DNA of 64,000 nucleotides from Felis catus (taxonomy: Eukaryota): the NCBI RefSeq assembly GCF_018350175.1, contig NC_058383.1:15502001-15566000 (forward strand). Reading direction: 5' to 3'. Shown piece after piece: positions 50,082 through 63,324 of the stretch; position 1 is the first letter of the stretch, and every line of letters starts with the position of its first letter. Below the pieces are notes generated by a model, which was not told where the DNA came from, searched no databases, and saw only the letters and a program-made list of their open reading frames with translations. Position numbers and translations under genes: made by a program.

Positions 50082-50872
50082 TCATCTCCACACTTTGAAA
50101 AAGACAGCGCTTTCAGAATGAGTCACTATGACTTATGAGATGATAAGAGAAACTCTTCACTTGAAACGGTGACCATGTCCATCCACCCCCTCTGACTTTT
50201 CAAAATCGGGAGGAGACGACCAGACTCCTTCCCCTCCCAGACCTGTCCTGCGCTCCGCAGCAGGGACCATCAGAATTGCAGGTGAATTCTGACCATGGAC
50301 TCAGAGCTCAGGTGAGATGCCTCCGTGTTTGAGAATGCTTACCAATCTTCCAGCTGCCACCCCAAGTCCAAGAAACTCGATTTCTTTCAGCTTCACTGAC
50401 TTTTTATTACGGGAGTAGCACTTTTCTTCTGGCAGTGAAACCATTCAGCGGGTGTGTGCTTCCATAGAGGGAATTTAAACCAGACACCTAGCCCTGCAAA
50501 CAGCTCCTTATTCTTTTAAGGAGGAGGAGGCCTCAGAACCTTCCAGGAGGATGATTCTACCCCAGAGGTGGCATTCTATATTGGCAACCGCAGAGGGGTT
50601 GCCTGGGAAACCCTGTTTAGACATCAGCTGCGTCACTTTTCAAACTTCTCCCTTTAAGAGCTAATGTGCACGATTACAATTCTGTGTCGTGTGGTGGTTT
50701 GGACAGCGTTTGTTTTTATGCTCTTAGAATAATTTTTCCATTTTTCTGATTACAAAACAACCATTGTATTGTATACAGTTAGGAAACTTTAGGAAATATT
50801 AAAAAAGGAAATTAAAACCATCTGTAATAACCAAACCCAATGGTAACTACCGTTAAGATTTTGCTGTATTTC

Positions 50873-51007
50873 TGGAGCACGTGGGTGGCTCCGCTGGTTA
50901 AGCGTTGGCTTCTTGGTTTCAGCTCAGGTCATGATCTCACAGTTCGTGAGTTCAAGCCCCCAGTCGGGCTCTGTGCTGACAGTGAGGAGCCTGCTTGAGA
51001 TTCTCTG

Positions 51008-51040
<33 letters not shown>

Positions 51041-51120
51041 GCCCCTCCCCCGCTTGTCTGTGTGCGTGCACTCTCTCTCTCTCTAAATAAATAAGTAAAC
51101 TTAAAAAAAGAAAGAAGAAA
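50873..51120 (+). mobile_element. CAN-SINE
   Basis: TSD AAGATTTTGCTGTATTT. Confidence 0.9.
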
Positions 51121-51164
51121 GATTTTGCTGTATTTTTTCTTTTTTTTCTAGCATTGCATGGAAT

Positions 51165-51392
51165 TTTATTTATTTTTAATGTTTTTTTTTTTTTTTATTT
51201 ATTTTTGAGACAGAGAGAGACAGAGCATGAACGGGGGAGGGTCAGAGAGAGAGGGAGACACAGAATCCGAAGCAGGCTCCAGGCTATGAGCTGTCAGCAC
51301 AGAGCCCCACGCGGGGCTCGAACTCACGGACCGGGAGATCATGAGCCCAGCCGAAGTCGGCCGCTTAACCGACTGAGCCACCCAGGCGCCCC
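51165..51392 (-). mobile_element. Young SINEC_Fc
   Basis: TSD TGCATGGAATTTTA; CpGs retained. Confidence 0.95.
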
Positions 51393-51614
51393 TGCATGGA
51401 ATTTTAAAACAAATTCGGAACTATGCTTCACATCATGCTAGGATAGTTTTCTACATAATTATTTGATTTAAACATCCCCCTCTACACAATTTAAACACTG
51501 AAAATTTTAACTTCTGTAGTCCTTATTTTTAATGTAAATTTTTATTGTGTTTCTTACGATTTTCTTAGCATAGCTTTCCAGAAATGGGATTACTGTGCCA
51601 AAAATAAAAATATA

Positions 51615-52021
51615 TTTTTTTATTTAAAAAATTTTTTTAATGTTTATTCATTTTTGAAAGAGAGAGAGACAGAGCACAAGCAGGGGTGGGGTGGAGAGAG
51701 AGGGGGACACAGAATCTGAAGCAGGCTCCAGGCTCTGAGCTGTCAGCACAGAGCCCGACGCGGGGCTTGAACTCACAAACCTTGAGATAATGACCTGAGC
51801 CTAAGTCGGAGGCTCAACCGACTGAGCCACCCAGGCGCCCGTATATTTTTTCATTTTAGAGGGAAAGAGAGTGAGCAAGCAGGGTAGAGGGGCAGAAGGA
51901 AAAAGAGAGAAGCTTAAACAGGCTCCACACTCAGCGTGGAGCCTGATGAGGGGATCAATCCCACAACCCTGGGATTATGAGCCAAAATTGAGAGCTGGTC
52001 GCTCAATCTATGGAGCCATCC
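51615..52021 (-). mobile_element. Two tandem antisense CAN-SINEs (51615-51840, 51845-52021)
   Basis: Two SINE bodies. Confidence 0.88.
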
Positions 52022-52296
52022 CAAAAGTAAAAAGATTTTTAAGGCTCTGACACATCGTGTGATTGGCCATCTGGAAATTTTATAATCTGTGCTTCCATCA
52101 GTGAGGCACATTTCTCTGTACATTCACAGTCCTAAAATGTTATAAAATTTCACTTTTGCCAATTTGACAGGCAAAAAAAATACGTTATTAAATTATTTTA
52201 CATTTCTGATTACTAACGAGGTTGAAATTTTCATCTGTTGCTATCTATTCGTGAGTCTAAATGGTGAATTGTTTATGTCCTTTGTGCATTTAAAAC

Positions 52297-52476
52297 AATG
52301 TTTATTTATTTTTGAGAGAGTGCAAGTGGGGAGGGGGAGAGAAAGGGGGGTAGTGGATCCCAAGTGGGGTCTGAGCTAACAGCAGCGAGCCCAGTGCGGG
52401 GCTCACACTCACGATCCACGAGATCATGACCTGAGCGGAAGTCAAACACTCAACCAACTGAGCCACCCAGCCACCC
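52297..52476 (-). mobile_element. CAN-SINE
   Basis: GAGATCATGACCTGAGC...CTGAGCCACCCAG. Confidence 0.85.
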
Positions 52477-52919
52477 GCGTTTGTGAATTTTTAAATGGTT
52501 AAAATGTTTTAAAGTTTCTTATTTGAAAAAGTACTTCCGTTTTCTTTCATATTTGTATTGGTAATTTGTCTTTCTTCTTCCCCCACCCCCAACTTTATTG
52601 TGATAGAATTGACATATAACATTGGTAAGCTTAAGGTGTACAACATGATTTAATACACACTTATGTTGCAAGATGATTACCACAAAATGGTTAGTTAACA
52701 CATCCATGGCCTCACACAATTACCTTTTTAATTTAATTTTTTTTGGTAAGAACATTTAAGATTTTATTTTATTTTATTTTAATTTTAATTTAAAAATTTT
52801 AATTTAAAATTTTAATTTTTTTTGGTGAGAACATTTAAGATTTTATTTTATTTTATTTTATTTTAATTTTAATTTAAAATTTTAAATTTAAAATTTTAAT
52901 TTTAAGTTAAATTAAATTT

Positions 52920-53110
52920 TATTTTATTAATTTGAGAGAGAGAGAGCACATGCAAGCAAGGGAGAGGGGCAGAGGGAGAGAGACAGAGAATCTTAAGCAG
53001 GCTCCACGCTCAGTGTGGAAGCCAATGTGGGGCTCAATCCCGTGACCCAGGGATCATGACTTGAGCCCATATTGAGTCGGATGCGCAACTGCCTAAGTGA
53101 CCCAGGAGCC
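52920..53110 (-). mobile_element. CAN-SINE with expanded AT-rich tail
   Basis: Antisense body ending CCCAGGAGCC. Confidence 0.85.
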
Positions 53111-53680
53111 TCTAAGATCTGCTTTCTTAGCAATTTTCAAGTAGGTAATACAGTAATTATTCACTATAGTCACCATGCTGTGCATTAGACCCTCAGAACG
53201 TCACTCATCTTGTAACTGGAAGTTTGTACCCTTTGACCAACATGTCCCCATTTCCTACCCCGCAGCCCCTGGCAACCACAATTTTGCTTTCTGTTTCCAT
53301 GAGTTCAGCCTTTTTAGATTCCACATACAGATTCCACAAGTGAAATCGTACAATATTTGTCTTTCTCTGATTTATTTCGTTTAGCATTAATGCCCATCCA
53401 TGTTGTCAGGATTTCCCTCTTTCCTATGGCTGAATTTTACATTTCTGTATCTATTCTCTGTCAGCAGTCACAGGTTGTTTCCAAACTTTGGCTACTGTGA
53501 ATAATGCTTCAACGGACATGGGGGTACAGATACCTCTTTGAGATACTGTGATTTCGTCTCCTTCCACATCTATACCCAGAAGTGGGATTGCGGGATCGAA
53601 TAGTAACTGCATTTTTAATTTTTGAGGAAGCTCCACAGTGTTTTCCACAGTGACTGCACCAGTTTAAATTCCCACCAACG

Positions 53681-53893
53681 GAGGCGCCTGGGTGGCTCAG
53701 TCGGTTAAGCAGCTGACTTCGGCTCAGGTCATGATCTCACGGTCCGTGGGTTTGAGCCCCACGTCAGGCTCTGTGCTGCCAGCTCAGAGCCTGGAGCCTG
53801 TTTCAAATTCTGTGTCTCCCTCTCTCTGACCCTCCCCTGTTCATGCTCTGTCTCTCCCTGTCTCAAAAATAAAATAAAGTGTTAAAAAAAAAA
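53681..53893 (+). mobile_element. SINEC_Fc
   Basis: TSD TTAAATTCCCACCAACGG. Confidence 0.95.
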
Positions 53894-54849
53894 TTAAATT
53901 CCCACCAACGGTGCACGAAGGTTCTCTTTTCTCCACATACTTACTAATGCTGTTATCTCTCATCTTTTTTTACAATCATCCCCACAGGTGTGGGGGTGAT
54001 ATCTCACTGAAGTTTTGATTTGCATTTCCCTGATGATTACTGATGTTGAGCATATTTTCATATATCTATTGGTCATTTGTATGTCTTCTTTGGAAAAATG
54101 TCTATTCAGGATTTCTGCCCATTTTTAAATCAGATTATTTGTTTTTTGTTTTTGTTTTTGCTGTTGGGTTGTATGAGTATCTTATATATATTGGCTATTA
54201 CCTAGCACCTTATTAGATATACAGTTTCCAAATATTTTTTCCCTTTCCATAGGTTAGTTTTCATTGGCTTGATGGTTTCCTTTGCTGCACAGAAGGGTTT
54301 TTTTTTTTTTTTTGCTTTTAATTTTTAGTGAGAAATAATTAACATATTATGTTGTATTAGTTTTAGGTGCATAATATAATGATTTTATAAATGTGTATGT
54401 TGTGAAATGATTACCACAATGGGTTTAGTTAACATCCATCACCACACATAGTTACAATTTATTTTCCTTTTCTGATGAGAACCTTAAAGATTTACTTTCT
54501 TAGCAAATTTCAAATACACAATATGGTATTGTTAATTATAGTCACCATGTTGTACGATACATCCCCAAGACTTATCCATCTTATAACTGGAAGTTTGTGC
54601 CTTTGACCACCTTTGCCCATTTCTCCCACCAACCTCCCTCCCCACCCTGCCTGTGGCAACCATCAATCTGTCATCTGTATCTAGGAGTTGATTTTTCTTT
54701 AAAATATTCTACATATAAGTGAGATCATACAATATTTGTCTCTCTTCATCTGATTTATTTCAGTTAGAATAATGCCTTCAAGATCCATCCGTGTTGTTGA
54801 AAATGGCAGGATTCTATTTATGGCTAAATAATTTTTTTCTCTCTCTCAG

Positions 54850-55224
54850 AGACTGAGAGAGAGAGAGAGAGGGAGAGAGGCGCCGGGGTGGCTCAGTTAA
54901 GCATCTGACTTCGGCTCAGGTCATGATCTCACGGTTTGGGAGTTTGAGCCCCGCATTGGGCTCCGTACTGATGGTGCAGAGCCTGCCTGGGATTTTCTCT
55001 CTGACCTCCCCGCCTTTTCAAAATAAATATATAAAACTTAGAGAGAGAGAGCGTGCACCCACAAGTGGGGAGAGGGGCAGAAAGAGAGAGAGAGGGAGAA
55101 AATCCCAAGCAGGCTCCACACTCAGCATGGAGCCCAATGTGTGCTCGATCCCACAACCCTGGGATCATGACCTGAGCTGAAATCAAGAGTCAGATGCTCA
55201 TCTGACTGAACCATGCAAGCGCCC
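54850..55224. mobile_element. Plus SINE (54878-55040) inserted in the (GA)n of an antisense SINE
   Basis: (GA)n on both sides of the plus copy; antisense body continues to 55224. Confidence 0.85.
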
Positions 55225-55549
55225 TGAAAGTGTTTTCAAGACCCCTACTATTGTTGCATTGTTGGCAATGTCTCCCTTCAGATCTGTTAGTATTTGCTTA
55301 ATATATTTAGATGTTCTGATGTTGGATGCATATATACATATATACATATATATGCGTATTATATATTATATATTGTTATATTCTTGTGGTGAATTTACCC
55401 CTTCATCATTATATAATGAATTTTTTTGTCTCTTGTTACTTAAAGTCTATTTTGTATGATATAAGTCTCTATTTTGGTTTCTATTTGCATGAGATATCTG
55501 TTCCCATCCTTTCACTTTGAGTCTATGTGTGTCCTTGAAACTGAATCGA

Positions 55550-55759
55550 GGGACGCCTGGGTGGCTCAGTCGGTTAAGCATCCGACTTCGGCTCAGGTCA
55601 TGATCTCGCCGTTTGTGAGTTCGAGCCCCGCATCAGGCTCTGTGCTGACAGCTCAGAGCCTGGAGCCTGCTCCCGATTCTGTGTCTCCCTCTCTCTCTGC
55701 CCCTTCCCTGCTCATGCTCCGTCTCTCTCTGTCTCTCAAAAATGAACATTAAAAAAAAA
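55550..55759 (+). mobile_element. SINEC_Fc
   Basis: TSD GAAACTGAATCGAG. Confidence 0.95.
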
Positions 55760-56039
55760 GAAACTGAATCGAGTAATTTGTAGGCAGCACCTTCTTTTTA
55801 TCCAGAAAGCCACTCTATGCCGTGAGTTGGAGGATATAATCCATTTACATTTAATAGTGTTTATATTTAATTGATGTTATACATAGAACGAACTTCCCCA
55901 ACTTAACCACCTTTATGGAATATGCATTCTGCAAATGAAAACATTTTAAGAACAACAAAAGGTAAAGGGAATATTTACATATATTTTACACTGGTTGTTT
56001 TACCATTTTATATTTTTATATTTGTCTCTCTTTAAAAAA

Positions 56040-56057
56040 TTTTTTTTAATGTTTATT

Positions 56058-56095
<38 letters not shown>

Positions 56096-56262
56096 CATGA
56101 GTGTGGGAGAGGCAGAGAGAGAGGGAGACACAGAATCCAAAGCAGGCTCCAGGCTCTGAGCTGTCAGCACAAAGTCCGACACAGGGCTTGGACCCATGAA
56201 CCGTGAGATTATGACCTGAGCTGAAGTCGGACGCTTAACTGACTGAGTCTCCCAGGCGCTCC
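56040..56262 (-). mobile_element. SINEC_Fc
   Basis: Antisense body with long (GA)n. Confidence 0.9.
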
Positions 56263-57574
56263 TTTATAGTTCTCTTTAATCCCTCAGGAATTATATTCAT
56301 GATAGTGTGAGACGAAGTTCTACTTTGTTTACCAAAAATTGGTAATACTGTAGTATACCATTGGGGAGTGGAAAGAAATCACTTGTGACAAGGAGGAGCG
56401 TGCAAATCAGCCAGCTGGGAGTTGTACATCTCCTTCCTCGGCCATTCTTAGACTTCGTTCTACCACTAAGACATCTTACTGTTGAAGCTGGCTCTATTCA
56501 AGGGTGTTGCCCTGGTGATGTTTAACCATCACCAACAGACAGCACAAAATCAAGATCTACCATCACAAAGCAACTCCCTCAGGCTGCCTTCCGCTCCTGT
56601 CCCTCACCACTAGCAGCCACTAATTTTCCCCCATGTCCATAATTTTATCATTTCAACCATGCTATGTAAATGGAGTCATACAGCATGTAACTTTTTGAGC
56701 CTGGATTGTTTTTCACTCCAACTGTTACAGGAATTAACATGCGGAGTAGTGTTCCATTGTACGTATGTGCCACAGTGAGTTTAACCTGTGAGAGAACATA
56801 TGAAACGTCGCTAGTTTGAAGTTACTCAAGATAAAGCTGCTTTTAACGTTTGTGCACAGGCTTTTGTATGTTCAGGAGTTCTCATTTCTCTGGAATAAAT
56901 GCCCCGGGGTGCTATCGCTGGTTTGGAAGGTAAGTATATGTTTTACAAGAAACTACCAAACTTTTTCCAGAGTGGCTGTAGCATTCTACACTTTCTCTTT
57001 TCTGATTCCATGTTTTCTTTTTCTTGGGTTCATTTTCCCTTGTTTATCAAGTATAGTTCCTTTCACTTCTTTTTAATTTTTAAAAATTTTTAAATTGTGG
57101 TAGAATACGCTTAACAAAATGTGCCACGTTAGCCACTGTAAGTGTGCAATTCAGTGGCATTAATTATATTCACGATGTTATGCGACTATCACCACTATCC
57201 ATTTCCTGAACTTTCCTATCATCCCAAACCGAAACACTGTACCGATAAACACTAACTCTCCATTCCTCCTCCCGCTTAACTCTTGGTACCTTCTATTCTA
57301 ATTTCTGTCTCTGTATCTTTGCTTATTCTAGTTACCTCACATAAATGGAATCATACAGTAGTTGACCTTTTGTCTTGGTCTATTTCACTTGGCAGAATGT
57401 TTTCAAAGTTTATCCACGCATTGCGTATCAGAATTTCATTCCTTTTTAAGGCTGAATCTTTTACACTACAGGGATACCCCGATTTTTTAACCCGTTCATC
57501 TGTTGATGGCCATCTGAGTTGTTATCAACCTTTTGGCTATTGTGAATAATGCTCCTCTGAGCCTTGGTGTGTAA

Positions 57575-57950
57575 ACATCAAACTAAATCGTGTCCCCACA
57601 AAAATTCACATGTCGAAATCTTAACCCCTAGCACCTCAGAATGTGACTATAGTTAGGGACAGGATCTTTACAGGTGTAATCAATCTTAAATAAGGTCCTT
57701 GGGATGGACCGTAATCTAGTATGACTGGTGTACTTATAAGAGGAGGGAATTTGGACATAGACATATACAGAAGGCAGATGATGTGAAGACACAGGAAGAA
57801 GATGGCCACCCACAAACCAAGGAGACGCCTCAGGTCCAACCCTACTGACGCCATAACCTCACATTTCTAGCCTCCAGAATTGTACGAAAATGACCTTCTG
57901 TTGTTTAAGCTACCCAGCTTTTGGTACTGGTTATGTCAGCCCTAATAATA
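57575..57950 (+). mobile_element. MaLR (MLT1B-like) solo LTR nested in L1
   Basis: CACCTCAGAATGTGACT, ATGACTGGTGT, GATGTGAAGACACAGG, TAGCCTCCAGAATTGT, CTGTTGTTTAAGC. Confidence 0.85.
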
Positions 57951-58325
57951 TAGCAAGTATCTGTTTGAATCCCTACTTTCAGTTCTTTTGGGTACTATAT
58001 CTAGAAATGGAATTGCTGGATCATATAGTAATCCTAGGTTTCACTCCTTGAGGAACCACCAAAATGTTCTCCACGATGATGGCACCATTTTATATTCCCA
58101 ACCGCAATGCACCAGGGTTCCAATTTCATCACACCCTCGTCACTTGTTATCTTCTGCTTTTCTGACAAAAACCATCCTGACTGCTGTGAATTGGTACCTC
58201 CCTGTGATTTTGATTTGCTTTTTTTCTAATGACTATTGGTGTTGAGCATCTTTTCATGTGCTTATGGGCAGTTGTATATTTTCTTTGGAGATGTCTATTT
58301 AAGCCCATTTTTGAATTGGGTTGCT

Positions 58326-58540
58326 TTTTTTTTTTTAATGTTTATTTTTGAGAGAGGGAGACAGAAAGAGACAGAGCACGAGTGGAGGAAGGGCAGAGAG
58401 GGAAACACAGAATCCGAAGCAGGCTCCGGTCTCCGAGCTGTCAGCACAGAGCTTGATGTGGGACTCAAACCCATGAACCATGATATTCATGACCTAAGCC
58501 AAATTCGGACGCTTAATCAACTGAGCCACCCAGGATCCCC
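58326..58540 (-). mobile_element. SINEC
   Basis: Antisense body. Confidence 0.9.
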
Positions 58541-59416
58541 TGCTTGGGTCTTTTTTTTTTTTTTTTTTAATTGTTGAATTGAAGGAGTACTTTATATATT
58601 CTGGATATGTAACCCTTATCAGGTATATGATTTGCAAATATATTCTCTTGTAAAATAGTGATTTCTAGGCACTTGGGGGGAAGAAGGAATGGGCAATGAC
58701 GCTCAAAGTATACACAATTTCAATTATACAAGATAAATAACTTCTGGAGGTCTACTATACAACACAATGCCTATAGCTAACAGTACTATATTATATATTT
58801 AAATTTTTCTAGAAGGGTAGATCTTAAGTGTTCTTAACACCATTACTCCCCACCATGAAAATTAATAATAATAAAGAAGATAGGAGGAAACTTTGAGAGG
58901 TGATGGATATGTCTATGGTCTGGAAGTTGGTGATGGTTTCACAGATGTATACTTAAACTCATCAAGTTGCACATTAAATATGTACATCTTAAATTTTTCC
59001 CCTCCCTTTCTGTGGGTTGTCTTTTCACTCTCTTATACTGTCCTTTGAAGCACAAAAGGTGTAAATTTTGATGAAGTCCCATTGATCCATTGTTTCTTTT
59101 GTTGACTGTGCTTTTGGTGTCATATCCAAGAAATCATTGCCAAACCTAATGTTGTGGGGATTTCCCCCTCCGTTTTCTTAGAAGTTTTATAGCTTTAGCT
59201 CTTATGTTTGAGTCTTTGATCCTTTGAATTAATTGTTTATTGTGTAAGGTCCAACTTCATTCTTTCGCACAAGGTTATCTAATTTTCCTAACACCATTTA
59301 TTGAAAATATTGTCCTCTCTCCCACTGAATGGCGTGGCATGTATCTTCTATGGTTAAGTTTCTGTTCAAGTCTTGTGTCCGTTGTCTAACTGAATTCTTT
59401 TTTAACTGTTGAGTTC

Positions 59417-59808
59417 AGGGGCACTTGGGTGGCTCAGTAGGTTAGGAGTCTGACTCTGGTTCAGGTCATGATCTCATGGTTCATGGGTTTGAGCCCCACA
59501 TTGGACTCTTGTGCTGACAGCACAGATTCTGTCTCCCTCTCTCTCTTCCCTGCCCCCCACTCATGCTTTGTCTCTCTCTATCAAAAACAAACATTAAAAA
59601 AGTTTTAACTGAAAAAAAAATTTTAACTGTTGGGGCGCCTGGGTGGCTCAGGTCATGATCTCATGGTTTGTGAGTTTGAGCCCCACGTCGGGCTCTGGGA
59701 TGACAGCTCAGAGCCTGGAGCCTCCTTTGGATTCTGTGTCTCCCTCTGCCCCTCTGCTGCTTACACTCTGTCTCTCACATTGTCTCAAAAATAAACATTT
59801 AAAAAAAA
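59417..59808 (+). mobile_element. Two tandem SINEs (59417-59601, 59632-59808)
   Basis: Outer TSD TTTTAACTGTTGAGTTCAG with partial copies between the SINEs. Confidence 0.9.
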
Positions 59809-59971
59809 TTTTTAACTGTTGAGTTCAGACTATTCTTTATATATCATGGATATCAATTGTTGGTTGGACATGTAATTTGCAATTTTTTTTTCAGTCTCTA
59901 GCTTGTCCTTTTATTAACAGGATCTTTCATAGAACAAAAGTTTTAAATTTTGACTCAGTCCAATTTATCAG

Positions 59972-60165
59972 TTTTTTTTAAAAAAATGTTTTTGAGGGAG
60001 AGAGAGAGAGAAGCAAGTGGGGGAGAGGGGCAGAGGGAGAGAGAGAAAGAATCTCAAGCAGGCTCCATGCTCAGTGTGGAGCCCAGCATGGGGCTTGATC
60101 CCCTCCCATGGATCAGGACCTGAGCCGAAATTAGGAGATGCTCAACCGAGCCACCTAGGTGCCCC
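59972..60165 (-). mobile_element. CAN-SINE
   Basis: Ends GAGCCACCTAGGTGCCCC. Confidence 0.88.
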
Positions 60166-61198
60166 TGCTTCCCCCCCACCCCCAGTTATTGTAGTTTTCA
60201 GTTCTAACATTTCTGTTTGGTTCTTCCTTATACCTTTGCTTTGCTGGGACTTTCTACATCTTCATTTGTTTTAAGCATGTTCATTTTAGCTCACTGATGC
60301 ATTTTTATGATGGTGTCTTAAAATTTCTCATTAGATAATATCTTGAATAGAAGTGGTGAAGGTGGGCATCCTTGTCTTGCTCCTGGTCTTAGAGGAAGAG
60401 CATTCAGTCTTTAACCATTATGATGTTAGCTGTGGGTTTTCTTATATGCCTTTATGTTCTTGTTTTCTTCTATTCCTACTTTATTTTTTCAAGAAGTGTA
60501 TTTAAGTGCTTTTTCTGCTTCAGTTGAGATGATCATATGGTGTTTGATCCCTTTATTCTGTTAATGTATTGCATTGATTGGTTTTTGTAGTTGAACCATT
60601 TTTGTATTCCAGGAATCAATCCCACTTGGTCATGGTGTATAACCCCTTTAATGTGTTATAGATGGCTACTTAGTTACTTTTGATGGCTAATATTTTGTTG
60701 AGAGTTTTTGCATTTATGTTCACCAGGGAAATTGGTCTATAGTTTTCTTTTCTCAGACTGTCCTCAGGCAATGCTGGACTCATAAGAAGTATTCCCTCTC
60801 CTTCAATTTTTTAGAAGAGCTTCAGAAAGATTGATGTCAGTTCTTTAAATGGTAGAACTCACCAGTGAAGCCATTTGGTCCTGGACTAAAATTATTTTTT
60901 TTAATTTAAATTTTAGTTAATATACAGTGTAATATTGGTTTCAGAAGTAGACTTCAGTGATTCATCACTTACATACAACACCCAGTGCTCATCACAATAA
61001 GTGCCCTCCTTAATGCCCATCACCCATTTAACCCATCTCCCACCTGCTTCCTTCTGTCAATCCTCAGCTTGATCTCTATCATTAAGAGTCTCTGGTGGTT
61101 TGTTTCCCTTTCTTCTCCTCTCGGCCCCTTTCCATATGTTCATCTGTTTTGTTTCTTAAATTCCACATATGAGTGAGATTTTTAAAGTTGTATTTTCC

Positions 61199-61401
61199 GG
61201 GGCACCTGGGTGGCTCAGTCGGTTGAGCGTCTGACTTCGGTTCAGGTCATGATCTCGCAGTTCGTGGGTTCGAGCCCCGTGTCGGGCTCTGTGTTGACAG
61301 CTCAGAGCCTGGAGCCTGTTTCAGATTCTGTGTCTCCCTCTCTCTCTATCCCTCCCCTGCTCGCACTCTCTCTCTCTCTCAAAAATAAACATTAAAAAAA
61401 A
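61199..61401 (+). mobile_element. SINEC_Fc
   Basis: Full-length body with poly-A. Confidence 0.92.
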
Positions 61402-61535
61402 TTTTTTTTTAATTATATCCCCCCCCCTACTTTTACTAGCTATCATTTTACTGTGAAGGCTTTCCATCAACTGGGTGTCACTATAGTTCTTCCTCAAAAT
61501 CGGTTGGTATAATGGTAACCTCCAATATGTGTGGG

Positions 61536-61720
61536 TTTATCTTGAGAGACAGAGAGAAAGAGAGTGCAAGCTGGGGTGAGGGGTAGAGGAGAAAGAATCC
61601 CAAGCAAGCTCCACACCATCAGAGTGTAGCCTGACGTGGGGCTTGAACTCATAAACCACGAGATCATGACCTAAATCAAAACCAAGAGTTGGACGCTGAA
61701 CAGACAGCCATCCGGGCATG
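61536..61720 (-). mobile_element. CAN-SINE
   Basis: Antisense body; ATGTGGGTTT-like flanks. Confidence 0.85.
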
Positions 61721-62149
61721 TGGGTTTTTTTTTTTTAAATGACATATTTATTCAATGTTTTTCACAATTCCTCTTCATTCTATTCAGAGTGCCCCCAAAC
61801 TGTCCAATGGGACACCTTCCATCTGACTCCAATGTCCTATTGAGATATACCCATTAGTCTTAAAGTACTTTCCTGCTTTCAGACCAAAAAGATACTTTTC
61901 ACTAATTTTTTAACTTACCTAGCTGTAGATCCAGCCTTTTCTCCACGGAACATGCTGGATAAAGGGTGAGTGACGCTTGTTCCCACTCCCCAACTGGCCA
62001 AGATGCGGCTGTCAGCCAGCAAGCCATCAAATGCGCTATCATGTCTTGGTCCAATGCCCCATGCATGCATACCCAGCTGTGACCGTTCCTGAGGGGCTAC
62101 AGTGGTCACAGAGTGGAAGCGGTAAGACCAAGATCTCATCCAGGAGGGT

Positions 62150-62325
62150 GGTGGGAGGCAGGACTATGCATGAACCAAGGCTCTAAGCCGCACTGTGCAT
62201 GCTCCATTGTCCCCTCAGACTTCACTCAAAAACATGAATCCAAAGAGAGCATTATTAAGAATATCCAAGATGGCAGAGACAGAACATTAAAGCCCAAGCG
62301 CAGGGAACTTCTGAGCACAGGTCCG
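62150..62325. mobile_element. hAT-Tip100 fragment (MER45-like)
   Basis: TCAGACTTCAC...ATTATTAAGAATATCCAAGATGGC...CATTAAAGCCCAAGCGCAGGG. Confidence 0.55.
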
Positions 62326-63324
62326 AGTATGTCTTCTGTTTCTCAATTTTGTATTTTTTCCCATATAAATCCTAAAAGCTCTTGCTGTTTGATTTATAGG
62401 TTTCTATAGTGAACACAATTTTCCCATCGTATTTGCTAACTGGACAGTTATGAGATATAGAAATATCATTTTGTACTGTTGCTTTTGATGGCCACTTCTC
62501 ATGTCCTATCTCACCATTTTAGTGAAATGTAATGTTTCCATATCAGTTCTCTTGGGCTTTCTAAGTAGAAAAAAGCACCTATACATAGCTATCACTTGAG
62601 CACTTAGCACTGCTAGGTACTGTTGTATGTCATCTAATCCCCAGAAGCCCTTGAAGCTGGCATGATCGTCACACCCAATTCACAGATTGGGTATGTGAAA
62701 GAGCAGAGACTTGCCCAAGGCCAAAGAACTAATATCTACGTGTTAGCCAAAATTTCAAAGCCAACCGCAAGCCTCAACCACGAGGCTAGAACATTTCTAC
62801 ATAGGTTAGGTTAAGCCCCCTTCATTTCTGTTTGAAGACTGAGTACCTGGGGTAAAACTTTCAGAAAAGCGCTAATGGCAGTGACAGCAAACATCTTTCT
62901 CTTGTTCTTGATTTTAACTGGAATGTCTCCAATGCTTCATTTTTAAGTATGATACTGACGGTTGTGGCTTAAAACGGAAACCTTTGCAACATGAGGATAT
63001 TAGTAATGTAGCTTTTCCTAAAATAAAGAACTAAAACTCAATCTAGCTGAAAGAGGGATGGATCATGAGACCCTGTTAATATGGGTTTCCGTTCCAAAGG
63101 TTTATTCCAATCACGTTTATAGTACATAAAATAGCGATACTCTCTTGTTGAGAAGACAGAAAATGTGGCCACAGTGTTGATGCCAACTTGAGAGAAATAT
63201 AAGCCTCTACCTAAGGCAAGATTTCCTATCTACAGAATTCAACTAATATGAGACACGTACAAAGAAATCAATTCGACAGCTTCCCTTAAAGATATGCAAG
63301 AAATCAAAAGAAGACAGTTTTTGT

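Larger units (their letters stand above)
52590..61180 (-). mobile_element. Dense pile of nested antisense L1 fragments with many SINE insertions
   Basis: Repeated L1 3'-end motifs at ~52590, ~54320, ~57090 and ~60895 (ATGATTACCACAA, TAACTGGAAGTTTGT.CCTTTGACCA, TTGGCTATTGTGAATAATGCT) and ORF2-type antisense sequence at ~59000-60890. Confidence 0.8.

Noticed and set aside
61500..61525. GGTTGGTATAATGGTAA resembling a tRNA 5' half
   Set aside because: Too short; no cloverleaf or B box. tRNA-like boxes elsewhere belong to SINEs, so no tRNA gene is called.
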